Assembly: GCA_938005675.1 (NCBI GenBank)
Contig: CALKXH010000105.1
Location: 5,714 to 69,713 of the forward strand
DNA: 64,000 bases
Direction of reading: 5' to 3'
Source of the DNA: an uncultured Anaerolineae bacterium
GTDB lineage: Bacteria; Chloroflexota; Anaerolineae; Aggregatilineales; UBA2796
Shown here: piece after piece, positions 46,823 to 55,760 of the stretch
Numbering within the stretch: the stretch's first letter is position 1
How the letters are laid out: each line of letters begins with the position of its first letter
The notes under the pieces: model-generated
What the model was told of the DNA's origin: nothing
The model's input: the letters and a program-made list of their open reading frames with translations, nothing else
Database searches by the model: none
Translations under genes and position numbers: made by a program

Positions 46823-47983
46823 ATGACTCAAAGAACGACATGGCAATCCATCAAGACGTTCTTCTCGCCCGATACCATTCCGTTTCTGATTTCGCAAGGT
46901 GCGCCACGTCGGCTTTTGCCTGTGGGTACGCTACTGATCGGCATGATTCTGGGTTTTGTGTGGGCGTATCTCATCTCGCCGAACGTGTACGTGGATGCCG
47001 GTCCGGTTCATCTGAGCGCGTCCTGGAAGGAAGAGTTCGTCAAGCAGGTGGCGTGGCAATTTGGCGCCTCCGGCGCCGCCGAGACGGCTCAACGCGCCTT
47101 AGACGGCTTGGGTAACGCCGCCGACGTGCTGAACGCCATGCTGGTCAAATTCGCCGACGATCCACAGCTGCTGCCGCGCCTACAAGCTATTCAGCCTTTC
47201 GCCCGCAACACCAACGAGCTCGCGCGCATCACGCCCTCCTTTTTCAACAGCAACCTGACGCCCTTCCTGTGCGTGATCGGCTCGGCGATCCTGATCGGCG
47301 GCTTGGTCATCTTCAACATGATCATCCCCTTCAACACGCTCATCCGCCGCAAAGCCACTACCGAGTCGACCGTGGTCGAGGGGCAAGAGGCGGAGCGCCG
47401 CCGTCTGCTGGAGGAGGCGAAGAAGAAGGAAGCCGAGTTAGCGGCAGCCCAAGCCGCTCAAGCGGCGGTCTCGCCGGTGGCGGGCTTGAAGCTGATCGAT
47501 AGCTTCATGAGCGCCTACATGATGGGCGACGACTTCTACGACGACACCTTCAGCATCGAGACCGAGACGGGCGAGTTTCTGGGCGAGACGGGCGCGGGCA
47601 TCTCGAAGACCATCGGGACGGGCGATCCCAAGAAAGTCACCGCCATTGAGTGCTTTGTCTTCGATAAAAACGACGTGCGCACCGTCACGAAGGTCTTGAT
47701 GTCCGAACATGCCTACAACGACGAGGCATTGCGCGCAGAGCTGGCACCGCGCGGCGAGCCCGTCCTCGCCAAAGCAGGCGAGAGCATCTACCTAGAGACC
47801 ATGACGCTGATCGTCCAAGTCCAGATCATCGACCTCGCCTACGGCTCCGGCGCCTTGCCGCCCAACAGCTTCTTCGAGCGCATGTCCATCAAGATCAGCG
47901 CCTACCAAAAGGATAAAGACAAGGCGAAAGCGCCGCCGCCCATGCCGCCCGCCTTCGATGAGACGCAGCCCGGCGGCTTCTAA
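46823..47983 (+). CDS. Hypothetical membrane protein: two TM segments, charged helix, C-terminal beta-rich domain
   Basis: Strong coding bias. TM LLIGMILGFVWAYLI and LCVIGSAILIGGLVIF, ERRRLLEEAKKKEAE helix, C-terminal DDFYDDTFSIE...FVFDKNDVRTVTKVLMS. Upstream TTGCGC-16-TACAAT (46718-46745). Confidence 0.8.
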   Translation: MTQRTTWQSIKTFFSPDTIPFLISQGAPRRLLPVGTLLIGMILGFVWAYLISPNVYVDAGPVHLSASWKEEFVKQVAWQFGASGAAETAQRALDGLGNAADVLNAMLVKFADDPQLLPRLQAIQPFARNTNELARITPSFFNSNLTPFLCVIGSAILIGGLVIFNMIIPFNTLIRRKATTESTVVEGQEAERRRLLEEAKKKEAELAAAQAAQAAVSPVAGLKLIDSFMSAYMMGDDFYDDTFSIETETGEFLGETGAGISKTIGTGDPKKVTAIECFVFDKNDVRTVTKVLMSEHAYNDEALRAELAPRGEPVLAKAGESIYLETMTLIVQVQIIDLAYGSGALPPNSFFERMSIKISAYQKDKDKAKAPPPMPPAFDETQPGGF

Positions 47984-47990
47984 ACCCGAT

Positions 47991-48031
47991 AGCGCTGCGG
48001 ACGGGACGCCTCTCTGCCCCTCCGCAGCGCT
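47991..48031 (+). other. Intergenic stem-loop without U tract
   Basis: agcgctgcgga (47991-48001) pairs with tccgcagcgct (48021-48031). Confidence 0.4.
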
Positions 48032-48049
48032 CCACACAGGAGGGCTTCA

Positions 48050-48910
48050 GTGAGCCAAACTGCGCTTGTGCCGCGTGTGGTCAGCGCCTTAATGCGCGCC
48101 GAGCTGCTGGGCGTGAACGCTCACACGCTGGCAGTTGCCCTGCAGCGCGCAGAGAGCGCCGCCGTGAATTTTGAGGCGCTCTCCGAGCGCGGCGTAGCGT
48201 TAGTGCTGCTGCAATATTGCGGCTACCCCACCAGCCCGATAGAGCTGAAGGCTTTCCTCGCCACGCCGCACACCCTGACGCCCAATCTGCTGGTCAGCGC
48301 GTTGATCTCCGACGATCAAGCCGTCAATTATGTGCGCTGGCTGCCCGCCTTCCTCGAAGACATGGACTTGCCCTTGCAGCGCAACAGCCGCGTCATGCTG
48401 CGCTGGGTGATCGCCGACCGCGCCGCTGCCATCGCCCTGCAGCAGCCCGCCCTCGATTTGCTGCGCCGCCTCGCCGACGATCCCAGCACCAGCCCGAAGC
48501 TCTCCGCGCTGCTGGTCTACGGGCTGGGCAAGTGCGGCACGCTTGAGGAAGACTACGACCGCGTCATCCACCACGCTGAGATCGTCATCGTCCACGACCG
48601 CGAAAATCTCGATCTGGTGGCGGAGGCGCTCCACGCCATGTACCCGCCCGCCCTGATCAACGCGCTGCAGTACTTCCTAGAGCAGACCGACGGGGCGCCG
48701 AATCGCCAGCAGCTGAACACAGGGCTGCTGCTGTTGGCGAAGGTCGCCGAGATCGAGGATCGCGCCTTCTGGCAAACCTATCACGAGCCGATGAGCGCCC
48801 TGCTCGATCAGCTGAGCGGCTTGGCGCGTCGGCACAGCGCCGTCACGCGCCTGCTCGATCAGGTCGAGAAGCAGCTGGCTTACGCCGCCTATGACGCCGA
48901 AGAAGACTAG
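48050..48910 (+). CDS. Hypothetical all-helical protein
   Basis: AGGAGG RBS, GTG start, typical codon bias, amphipathic helices. No family recognised. Confidence 0.75.
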   Translation: MSQTALVPRVVSALMRAELLGVNAHTLAVALQRAESAAVNFEALSERGVALVLLQYCGYPTSPIELKAFLATPHTLTPNLLVSALISDDQAVNYVRWLPAFLEDMDLPLQRNSRVMLRWVIADRAAAIALQQPALDLLRRLADDPSTSPKLSALLVYGLGKCGTLEEDYDRVIHHAEIVIVHDRENLDLVAEALHAMYPPALINALQYFLEQTDGAPNRQQLNTGLLLLAKVAEIEDRAFWQTYHEPMSALLDQLSGLARRHSAVTRLLDQVEKQLAYAAYDAEED

Positions 48911-49011
48911 GCGCGCCGTCACCGGAAGGCTTGCGAGTCGGTTAAAGTCTTCGAGAGCCGAAAGCACATCTTAAGAGTCCTTGTCCATTTTGCCGAACGA
49001 GGTGTCGATCA

Positions 49012-51282
49012 ATGCCCCGCCACCGATTAATTTTCTGCCTGATTGGGCTGGTTGCGCTGCTCAGCGCGGCAGCCTTGCCCGCCCTAGCCCAAGCGCCCGC
49101 GCCCGTCGTGCTGAACGTCGGCGTGCTGGACGCGCCCGATAGCCCGACGGCGCGCGGCGTCTGGCTCGCCATCCAAGAGGCGCAAACTCGCCGCGCGCTC
49201 AGGCTGCCCGACGGTCAGCCCTTCAGCCTGAAGACCGTCACGATCAGCCGCCCGCCCACCTCGCTCGATGAGGTGCGCGAGGGGCTCGATATCATGCTCA
49301 GCAACGGCGTAGTCGCCGTCTTCGGACCCGATAACGGCGCGCTGGCTGAAGAGAGCAGCGCTGCGCTCGCCACAGCCGGGGTGCCGGTCTTCCTCAGCAC
49401 GGCGGCGCAAAACGCGCCCAGAGGCGACCTGATCTTTCGCGGGCAGGCGCTCGATCAGTTGCAAGCGCAGGCGCTCGTCACGGCGCTGAGCGATCAGCTG
49501 GTGGGCAAAACTGCGATTTTCCTGCGCCACAAGCCCAGCGGCAGCGGCGCCGCCGAAGCCTTTGCGGAGGCAGCCCGCGCCAACGGCGTCGTGATGCGCG
49601 GCGGCTTGGTCGTCGAGAACGACCTGACCGATCCCAGCGCTGCTAGCGCCACCGCCGCCCGCCTGCTCGCCGAGCGCCCGCAGGTCATCTTCGCCGATGG
49701 CGCGCCGCTGCAAGTGGCAGGACTCTACCTCGCCCTGCGCGACCGCGGCTACGCCGGCTTGTTCATCACGCCCAGCGCCGCCGACCGCGCCTTCGTCGAG
49801 GCGTTGCCGATCACCTTGCGCGATAACATCTACGGCGCCACCGGCTGGAGCTACACCGCCCAAACCGCTGAGAGCCTCTCCTTCACGCGCAACTACACCA
49901 CCGCCTTCGGCGCTGTGCCGAACGCCCTCAGCGCCGCCGCCTACGACTCGACCTTCCTGCTCATCGAGGCGATCAGCCGCGGCGGCACAGCCCCCGCCAG
50001 CCTCGCCGCTGCCTTGCGCAGCTTGCCGCCCCGTCGCGGCGTGCAGGGCGTCCTGAATCCGAGCGATCCCGACGGCGTTTTCAGCGCGAACGTGAGCATC
50101 TTCTTAACCAGCCAGTTTGGCGTGCCGAATGTGCTGGTCGCCTTCGCCGCCGCTGAGCCCGTCACGCCGACCCCGACCCGCACCTTGCGCCCCGGCGAGC
50201 GCTTGCCAACCGCCACGCCCACCTTCGGACCCTCGCCGACGCCGACCATCACGCTCACGCCCTCGCTGACCTTCACGCCTAGTCCCACGCGCACGCCGAC
50301 CGATACCCGCACGCCCACTCCGACGCCTGAGGGCGTGGTCTTGACCGTGATCGGGCAATCGGTCAACATCCGCACCGGACCCGGACGCGCTTACGACGTG
50401 ATCGGGCAGCTCAGACGCGGCGCGCAGGTCAGGTTGATCGGCGCCAACCCCGACTACACCTGGTTCGTCTTCAACCTCGAAGGGCGCACGGCTTGGGTCA
50501 CCAGTCAGGCGAACTTGGTGAGCATCTTTGGCGACGTGCGCACGCTGCCCGCCATCGAGCCGCCGCCGCTGCCGACCGCCACCTTCACACCCACGCCGAC
50601 CCTCACGCCCACGCCGCAGCCCTTGCCCGATATCGTGCTGCTCAACGCCGTCCTCAGCCCGCCCGTGCCGGCGCCCAATCAGCCGTTCACCCTGACCGTC
50701 ACCCTGCAAAATCAAGGGCAGGGCGATGCCGGCGAGTTCGCCGTCGCCACCTCGTTCATGCCCGGCAGCGTCTATAGTGCCGCCATCGTGCCGAGCCTGC
50801 CCGCCGGTCAGGTCGTCAACGTCAACCTCTCGGCGACCGTGACTGCCACCGGCGTCGAGACCATCGCCATCATCCTCGACCTGAACCAGCAAGTCAACGA
50901 AGGTCCGTCCGGCGAGGCGAACAATCAGCCGCTCTTCTCCTACCGCATCGATGTGCCTTACATCGCGCAGGGCACGATCCAAGTTGCGCCCTCCACCAGC
51001 GTCGACCTGTTCGGCGGCACTCAGGACATCACCTATAGCGGCACGGATATCACCCCGATCAACGGCGCGTTGGTTGGCTTGTTGGCGGGCTTGCAGCTCT
51101 CGCAAGTCCACTACGACCTGCTCACGCCCGGCGTGATCAACAGCACCGCTCCGATTCCGCAAGCCTTGTTGACGCCCAACACGCTGATCGGCATCTACAC
51201 CGCCGAAGGCAAGCGCGGCGTGATACGCGTCGTCAGCTACAATGGTCCGAACATCGTGCTGGAGTACTACATCTACCAGTGA
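49012..51282 (+). CDS. Secreted modular protein: LivJ-like type-1 binding domain, Thr/Pro linker, SH3b, CARDB-like domain
   Basis: Signal peptide. GVVAVFGP, SAAAYDSTFLLIEAI (Peripla_BP_6-like); VNIRTGPGRAYDVIGQL..AWV (SH3b); PDIV...TVTLQNQGQGDAGEF...LDLNQQVNE..EANN (CARDB-like). Confidence 0.85.
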   Translation: MPRHRLIFCLIGLVALLSAAALPALAQAPAPVVLNVGVLDAPDSPTARGVWLAIQEAQTRRALRLPDGQPFSLKTVTISRPPTSLDEVREGLDIMLSNGVVAVFGPDNGALAEESSAALATAGVPVFLSTAAQNAPRGDLIFRGQALDQLQAQALVTALSDQLVGKTAIFLRHKPSGSGAAEAFAEAARANGVVMRGGLVVENDLTDPSAASATAARLLAERPQVIFADGAPLQVAGLYLALRDRGYAGLFITPSAADRAFVEALPITLRDNIYGATGWSYTAQTAESLSFTRNYTTAFGAVPNALSAAAYDSTFLLIEAISRGGTAPASLAAALRSLPPRRGVQGVLNPSDPDGVFSANVSIFLTSQFGVPNVLVAFAAAEPVTPTPTRTLRPGERLPTATPTFGPSPTPTITLTPSLTFTPSPTRTPTDTRTPTPTPEGVVLTVIGQSVNIRTGPGRAYDVIGQLRRGAQVRLIGANPDYTWFVFNLEGRTAWVTSQANLVSIFGDVRTLPAIEPPPLPTATFTPTPTLTPTPQPLPDIVLLNAVLSPPVPAPNQPFTLTVTLQNQGQGDAGEFAVATSFMPGSVYSAAIVPSLPAGQVVNVNLSATVTATGVETIAIILDLNQQVNEGPSGEANNQPLFSYRIDVPYIAQGTIQVAPSTSVDLFGGTQDITYSGTDITPINGALVGLLAGLQLSQVHYDLLTPGVINSTAPIPQALLTPNTLIGIYTAEGKRGVIRVVSYNGPNIVLEYYIYQ
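50158..50330 (+). repeat. Low-complexity Thr/Pro linker repeat (coding)
   Basis: Repeated ACG/ACC-CCG/CCC units encoding PVTPTPTRT...TPTPTP. A second shorter linker lies near 50560-50620. Confidence 0.7.
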
Positions 51283-51300
51283 GCGCGCCCCAAACGCGCC

Positions 51301-51336
51301 AAAACACGGGCGAGCCGAAGCTCGCCCGTGTTTTTT
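51301..51336 (+). terminator. Rho-independent terminator
   Basis: aaaacacgggcgagc-cgaa-gctcgcccgtgtttt (15-bp stem) with a T run. Confidence 0.85.
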
Positions 51337-51400
51337 CACAACGCTCTCAGCCCTTTGGCGTACAATCTAGAATAACTGATAACCACTCAAGGCGACCAGC

Positions 51401-54109
51401 ATGTTTCGAACCTTGCGTTTTGCTCTGAAGTACGCGCTGCGCAACCTGCGCCGCGACCGCCAACGGACCCTCTTCGCCCTGATCAGTATCGCCGCCGGAG
51501 TCTCAACTGTGGTGGCGCTGCGCGCGCTCGGCTTGATGCTGACCGACGCCCTGACCAGCAACGCCCAAGCCACTTTGCGCGGCGATGTGCTGATCCAGCG
51601 CGGCAGCTTGCAAGTGGCTGCCTTCGGCGGCGGCACGCCCATCGTCAACAGCAGCAACTATGAGAACATCGTCCGTTGGGCTGCTGAACGCGACTACCAG
51701 ATCACCTTCGCCCTGACCAGCGAGCTGATGCAGGCGGCGGTCGTGCGGGAGGTAGACGGCGAGCTGCGCGCCGGACGACCCGCCTTCGCGCTCGGACACT
51801 TCATCGATCCGCAGGTCTACCCGTTCTACGACGTGATCCGCGCCGAGCAGCCGCGCGGAGCGCTCCTGCGCGACCTGATCAAAGCGCCCGATCAGGTGGT
51901 GGTCGGCAAGCGCCTCGCCGATCAGCTCGGCATCCAGCTGGGCGACTCGTTGCGCGTCGGCACGGCGGAGGCGCTCCAGACGGTCGTCGGCATCGTGCCG
52001 GACATCGCCGAGAGCAGCCTCACCAGCCCGAATACAGTCCTGTTCAGCTTCCTGTACATCGATCGGGCGGCGCTGCCCGCTTTCGGCTTAGACCCGCGCG
52101 CTGCCAATGAAATCTACTTGAGATTGCCGCCGGGCGTCTCGGATCGGGAGGCGCGCGCTGAGATCAACCGTTGGGGCAACATGCGAGGCTTCCCATCCGC
52201 TTTCCGCGTGGATAGCGCCAGCGAAGTGCTGGAGCGCAACACACTGATCGCCGATGTGATCGCGCGCTTCGTGCTGGTGCTGAGCTTGGTCGGCTTAGTG
52301 ATCGGCGGGGTGGGCATCATCAACACGATGTTCGTGAACGTCAATCGGCGCGCCGCTGAGATCGCCGTGCTGAAGACGCTCGGCTTGAAGGGGTGGCAAG
52401 TCTCGCTGATCTTCCTGATCGAGGCGCTGCTGCTGGGCGTGCTGGGCAGTCTGCTGGGCGCGGGCTTCGGCGCGCTGCTGAGCCTCTTGGCGCGCGATTT
52501 CGGCGAGCAAGCCTTCAACGTGGCGCTGCCGTGGCGGCTCTACGCCGATCCGTTGGTGATCGGCGTGGCGCTGGGCGTGGCGATCACGGTCTTCTTCGCC
52601 TTCCTGCCAACCCTGCTGGCAGGGCAGGTGCGCCCGCTCTATGTGCTGCGCGCCGAGGGCATTCCGTTGGCGCGAGCGGGCTGCTTGCCCAGCCTGCTCA
52701 GCCTCGCCGTGCTGATCGTCGGCTTGGGCGGCTTGGTCGACTTGATCGTCAACAGCAATCGCATCGCCCAAGCCCTCAATTGGCGCTTGCCCGTCTCCAT
52801 CGGAGTCTTCGGCGTGTTTTTGACCTTTCTCTTGCTGGGCGTCGTCATCGGCGGGATGTGGCTGCTGGTCTGGCTGCTCAGCAAACTGCCCAGTTTCCGC
52901 AACCCCAATCTGCGCTTGGCGCTGCGCGGCTTGACGCAGCACCGTCTGCGCACCGCGCTGAGCCTATTGGCGCTGATCATCGGCATGACTAGCTTGAGCG
53001 GCACGCTGATCATGACGCGCAGCATCAATACGCTGCTCTACACCACGCTCTCAGAGCCGCTGGGCGGCAATATGATCGTCTTGCCGCTCTTGCCAGTGCA
53101 GCCGCTGGTGCGCGCGCAGCTGGATGGCACGGCGGGCGTGCGCGGCTACCGCGAGGTGCGCTTCGCCAACGCCGATCTGGTGGCGATCAACGGCGATCGC
53201 GATGTGGAGCGGCTCCTGCCCTTTGACGAGGACGATCCTGAGACAATCCTCATTCGCGGGCAGCTGACAGTCCTCTTGGGCGTGACGGTCTACGGATCGC
53301 CCAGCCGCGGGCAGTTGGTGGAGGGGCGCTTCTTGACGGCGGAGGACAGCGGCAAGAACTTCATCGTGATTCCCTATCATCCGCGCTTGGAGGCGTTGGG
53401 CGTGCGCGTCGGCTCAACCTTGACTTATCAGCTCGCCTCAGGCTTCGGCGGGGGGGCGAGTCGGCGCGAGCGGACGTTTGAGGTGGTGGGCGTGGTGGCG
53501 CCCGACGCGCGTTCAGGTTTGATCCCGCTCAGTCTGGGCGATGGCGCGGCGCAAGTGCCGCTGGAGAGCGTGCCAGCCGCCGCGCCCTTCGATCTGATCA
53601 TCGCTGACGTCGAGCCGAGCGCCCTCAACGATGCGCTGGGCAAAGTCGGGACGGTGCCGGGCTTGTTCGTCTTCGATGTCAGCCTGTTCGACTCGATCCT
53701 GACGCGCTTGCTGACTCAGCTGAGCGCCTTGCCGCTCCTGGTGGCGGTGCTTTCGCTGTTCGCCGCCGCCGCCCTGATCGCCACGACGGTCTCGCTCGCC
53801 ACGCTGGAGCGCCGCCGCCAAATTGGCGTGATGAAGGCGGTCGGAGTCAAGCGGCGCTACGTGCTGGCACAACTGCTGATCGAGAACGGCGCGGTCGGCT
53901 TGCTGGGCGGCGCGATCAGCCTGCTGCCGACCCTGCTGATCCTCGCCGCCGTGCCTGCCCTGACCCAAAACTTCGTGCAGCTGCCCGTCCCATGGGACTT
54001 GATCGGCTTGATGCTCTTGACGGCGCTCGGCGTCACGCTCGCCGCCACGCTCTTGACGGCGGCGCCGGCAGCCAGCGAGTCGCCGTTGGCGGTGCTGCGC
54101 TATGAGTGA
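51401..54109 (+). CDS. FtsX/MacB-type ABC transporter permease, internally duplicated
   Basis: ALRNLRRDRQRTLFAL, GIINTM..RRAAEIAVLKTLG, second half ALRGLTQHRLRT..ERRRQIGVMKAVG. Confidence 0.92.
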   Translation: MFRTLRFALKYALRNLRRDRQRTLFALISIAAGVSTVVALRALGLMLTDALTSNAQATLRGDVLIQRGSLQVAAFGGGTPIVNSSNYENIVRWAAERDYQITFALTSELMQAAVVREVDGELRAGRPAFALGHFIDPQVYPFYDVIRAEQPRGALLRDLIKAPDQVVVGKRLADQLGIQLGDSLRVGTAEALQTVVGIVPDIAESSLTSPNTVLFSFLYIDRAALPAFGLDPRAANEIYLRLPPGVSDREARAEINRWGNMRGFPSAFRVDSASEVLERNTLIADVIARFVLVLSLVGLVIGGVGIINTMFVNVNRRAAEIAVLKTLGLKGWQVSLIFLIEALLLGVLGSLLGAGFGALLSLLARDFGEQAFNVALPWRLYADPLVIGVALGVAITVFFAFLPTLLAGQVRPLYVLRAEGIPLARAGCLPSLLSLAVLIVGLGGLVDLIVNSNRIAQALNWRLPVSIGVFGVFLTFLLLGVVIGGMWLLVWLLSKLPSFRNPNLRLALRGLTQHRLRTALSLLALIIGMTSLSGTLIMTRSINTLLYTTLSEPLGGNMIVLPLLPVQPLVRAQLDGTAGVRGYREVRFANADLVAINGDRDVERLLPFDEDDPETILIRGQLTVLLGVTVYGSPSRGQLVEGRFLTAEDSGKNFIVIPYHPRLEALGVRVGSTLTYQLASGFGGGASRRERTFEVVGVVAPDARSGLIPLSLGDGAAQVPLESVPAAAPFDLIIADVEPSALNDALGKVGTVPGLFVFDVSLFDSILTRLLTQLSALPLLVAVLSLFAAAALIATTVSLATLERRRQIGVMKAVGVKRRYVLAQLLIENGAVGLLGGAISLLPTLLILAAVPALTQNFVQLPVPWDLIGLMLLTALGVTLAATLLTAAPAASESPLAVLRYE

Positions 54110-54180
54110 GGCAACGCCGCGCTATGGCGGAAACTCGCCTGCTGCGATAAAGTTAGGCACAGCTTTCACTGTGTGAGGAT

Positions 54181-55146
54181 GTGATCATGCAGACCGCCCC
54201 GCTGTTCGGCGCGCCTGAGATCGCTGAGGACTTTCGAGCCGATGCCGCGCTTGTCCTGCATCTGGGCGAGGCAGGCGCCTTCACAGCCCGTTTGCCCGAT
54301 CAATCGGTCGATCTCATCCTGACCTCGCCGCCCTACAACTTGGGCAAAGACTATGAGCGTCGCCTCACGCTGGAGGCGTACCTCGCGCTGCAAAAGCCGA
54401 TCATCGCTGAGCTGGTGCGAGTCTTGCGACAGACGGGCAGCTTGTGTTGGCAAGTGGGCAACTATGTGGAAGATGGCGAGGTCTTCCCACTCGATATTTT
54501 CTACTACGGGCTCTTCAAGCAACACGGCTTGCAGCTGCGCAATCGAATCATCTGGCATTTTCGGCACGGCTTGCATAATACGAAGCGTTTTTCAGGGCGC
54601 TACGAGACCTTGCTCTGGTTCACCAAGAGCGACCGCTATACCTTCAACCTAGATGCCGTACGTATCGCAGCGAAATATCCCGGCAAGCGTCATTATAAGG
54701 GCAAGCACGTTGGGAAGCCGTCGGGCAATCCGAAAGGCAAGAATCCCTCGGATGTCTGGGAAATTCTGCTGGATGACTGGGAGAGCGCTTTCTGGGACAT
54801 CCCGAATGTCAAAGCCAATCATCCCGAAAAGACCGTACATCCCTGTCAGTTCCCCGTTGAGTTGGCAGAGCGTTGTATCCTAGCGCTGACCGAGACAGGT
54901 CAAACTGTGTACGATCCCTTCGTAGGCGTCGGCTCGACGCTGATCGCCGCCCTCAAACACGAGCGGCGCGCCATCGGCTGCGAACGCGAGCCGACGTACG
55001 TTCAGATCGCGCGGGAACGCATCACAGCCTATCACGCTGGTACTTTGCGCCTGCGTCCGCTGGGCAAGCCGATCTACGAGCCGAGCGGACGCGAAAAGGT
55101 CGCCCAGACGCCCGAAGAATGGCAGGCGCAAGAGTCGTGCGAATAG
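54181..55146 (+). CDS. Beta-class amino-methyltransferase (SPPY, probably N4-cytosine)
   Basis: DLILTSPPYN, GKNPSDVW, HPCQFPVEL.ERCI, VYDPFVGVGST. Alternative ATG at 54187. Confidence 0.93.
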   Translation: MIMQTAPLFGAPEIAEDFRADAALVLHLGEAGAFTARLPDQSVDLILTSPPYNLGKDYERRLTLEAYLALQKPIIAELVRVLRQTGSLCWQVGNYVEDGEVFPLDIFYYGLFKQHGLQLRNRIIWHFRHGLHNTKRFSGRYETLLWFTKSDRYTFNLDAVRIAAKYPGKRHYKGKHVGKPSGNPKGKNPSDVWEILLDDWESAFWDIPNVKANHPEKTVHPCQFPVELAERCILALTETGQTVYDPFVGVGSTLIAALKHERRAIGCEREPTYVQIARERITAYHAGTLRLRPLGKPIYEPSGREKVAQTPEEWQAQESCE

Positions 55147-55706
55147 CAGGACGCTTCTCGCTTAAACGCGGCGCTGAAATGATCGAGTCGCATTTCGGCG
55201 AACAGCTGGGCGAAGTGCTGAAAATTATCGAGTCAGTCGATGCAGCTGAGCATCTGACCAAAACCAGCCGCGAAAAAACCATGCAGGGCAGGTTGCTTTA
55301 CCAGCCCCGCTCGCTCAACAGTGCCTTCCAACTGCTTTTCAGACAGTCGGGCTGGCAGAGCCATAGAGTTTTCTGTGAATACTCGACCGATGAGTACGAG
55401 CCCGACTACGTGCCTCAAAGCACTACTCACGGCGCTTACCGAGAGATGGACTTCGTCAAGAATCGCGTCGGTGTTGAGGTGCAGTTCGGCAAGTACGCTT
55501 TTATGGTCTATAACGTCTGCGCCAAGATGACGATCTTCAATCGCCTAGGCGTGATCGCGGTCGGTATTGAGATTGTGCCGATGAAAGACTTCGCCGCCAA
55601 CATGTCAACGGGCGTCTCGTACTTTGAGCAATTCGTCTGGGACTTGAAGCAGCGCGGCGAGGCGGATATTGATATCCCCGTCCTGATCTTGGGCATCACA
55701 GCCTAA
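55137..55706 (+). CDS. BglII/BstYI family type II restriction endonuclease
   Basis: GTG start overlaps the MTase end. TKTSREKT..G.LLY.P..LN.AF, MDFVKNRVGVEVQFGKY, GIEIVPMK, MSTGVSYFE, IPVLILGI resemble BstYI as I recall it (D...EVQ active site). Confidence 0.88.
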   Translation: MRIAGRFSLKRGAEMIESHFGEQLGEVLKIIESVDAAEHLTKTSREKTMQGRLLYQPRSLNSAFQLLFRQSGWQSHRVFCEYSTDEYEPDYVPQSTTHGAYREMDFVKNRVGVEVQFGKYAFMVYNVCAKMTIFNRLGVIAVGIEIVPMKDFAANMSTGVSYFEQFVWDLKQRGEADIDIPVLILGITA

Positions 55707-55738
55707 AAAGGCGGCACGGAGCGCCCTCCGTGCCGCCT
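55705..55738 (-). terminator. Terminator for cydAB, between convergent genes
   Basis: 13-bp stem aggcggcacggag / ctccgtgccgcct, followed by TTTT on the minus strand. Confidence 0.75.
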
Positions 55739-55760
55739 GCCGTCATGCGATGGGCGAGGC

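Noticed and set aside
53186-53193. GCGATCGC as a cyanobacterial HIP1-like over-represented octamer
   Set aside because: I noticed only isolated copies. GATC abundance is explained by frequent ATC codons after G.
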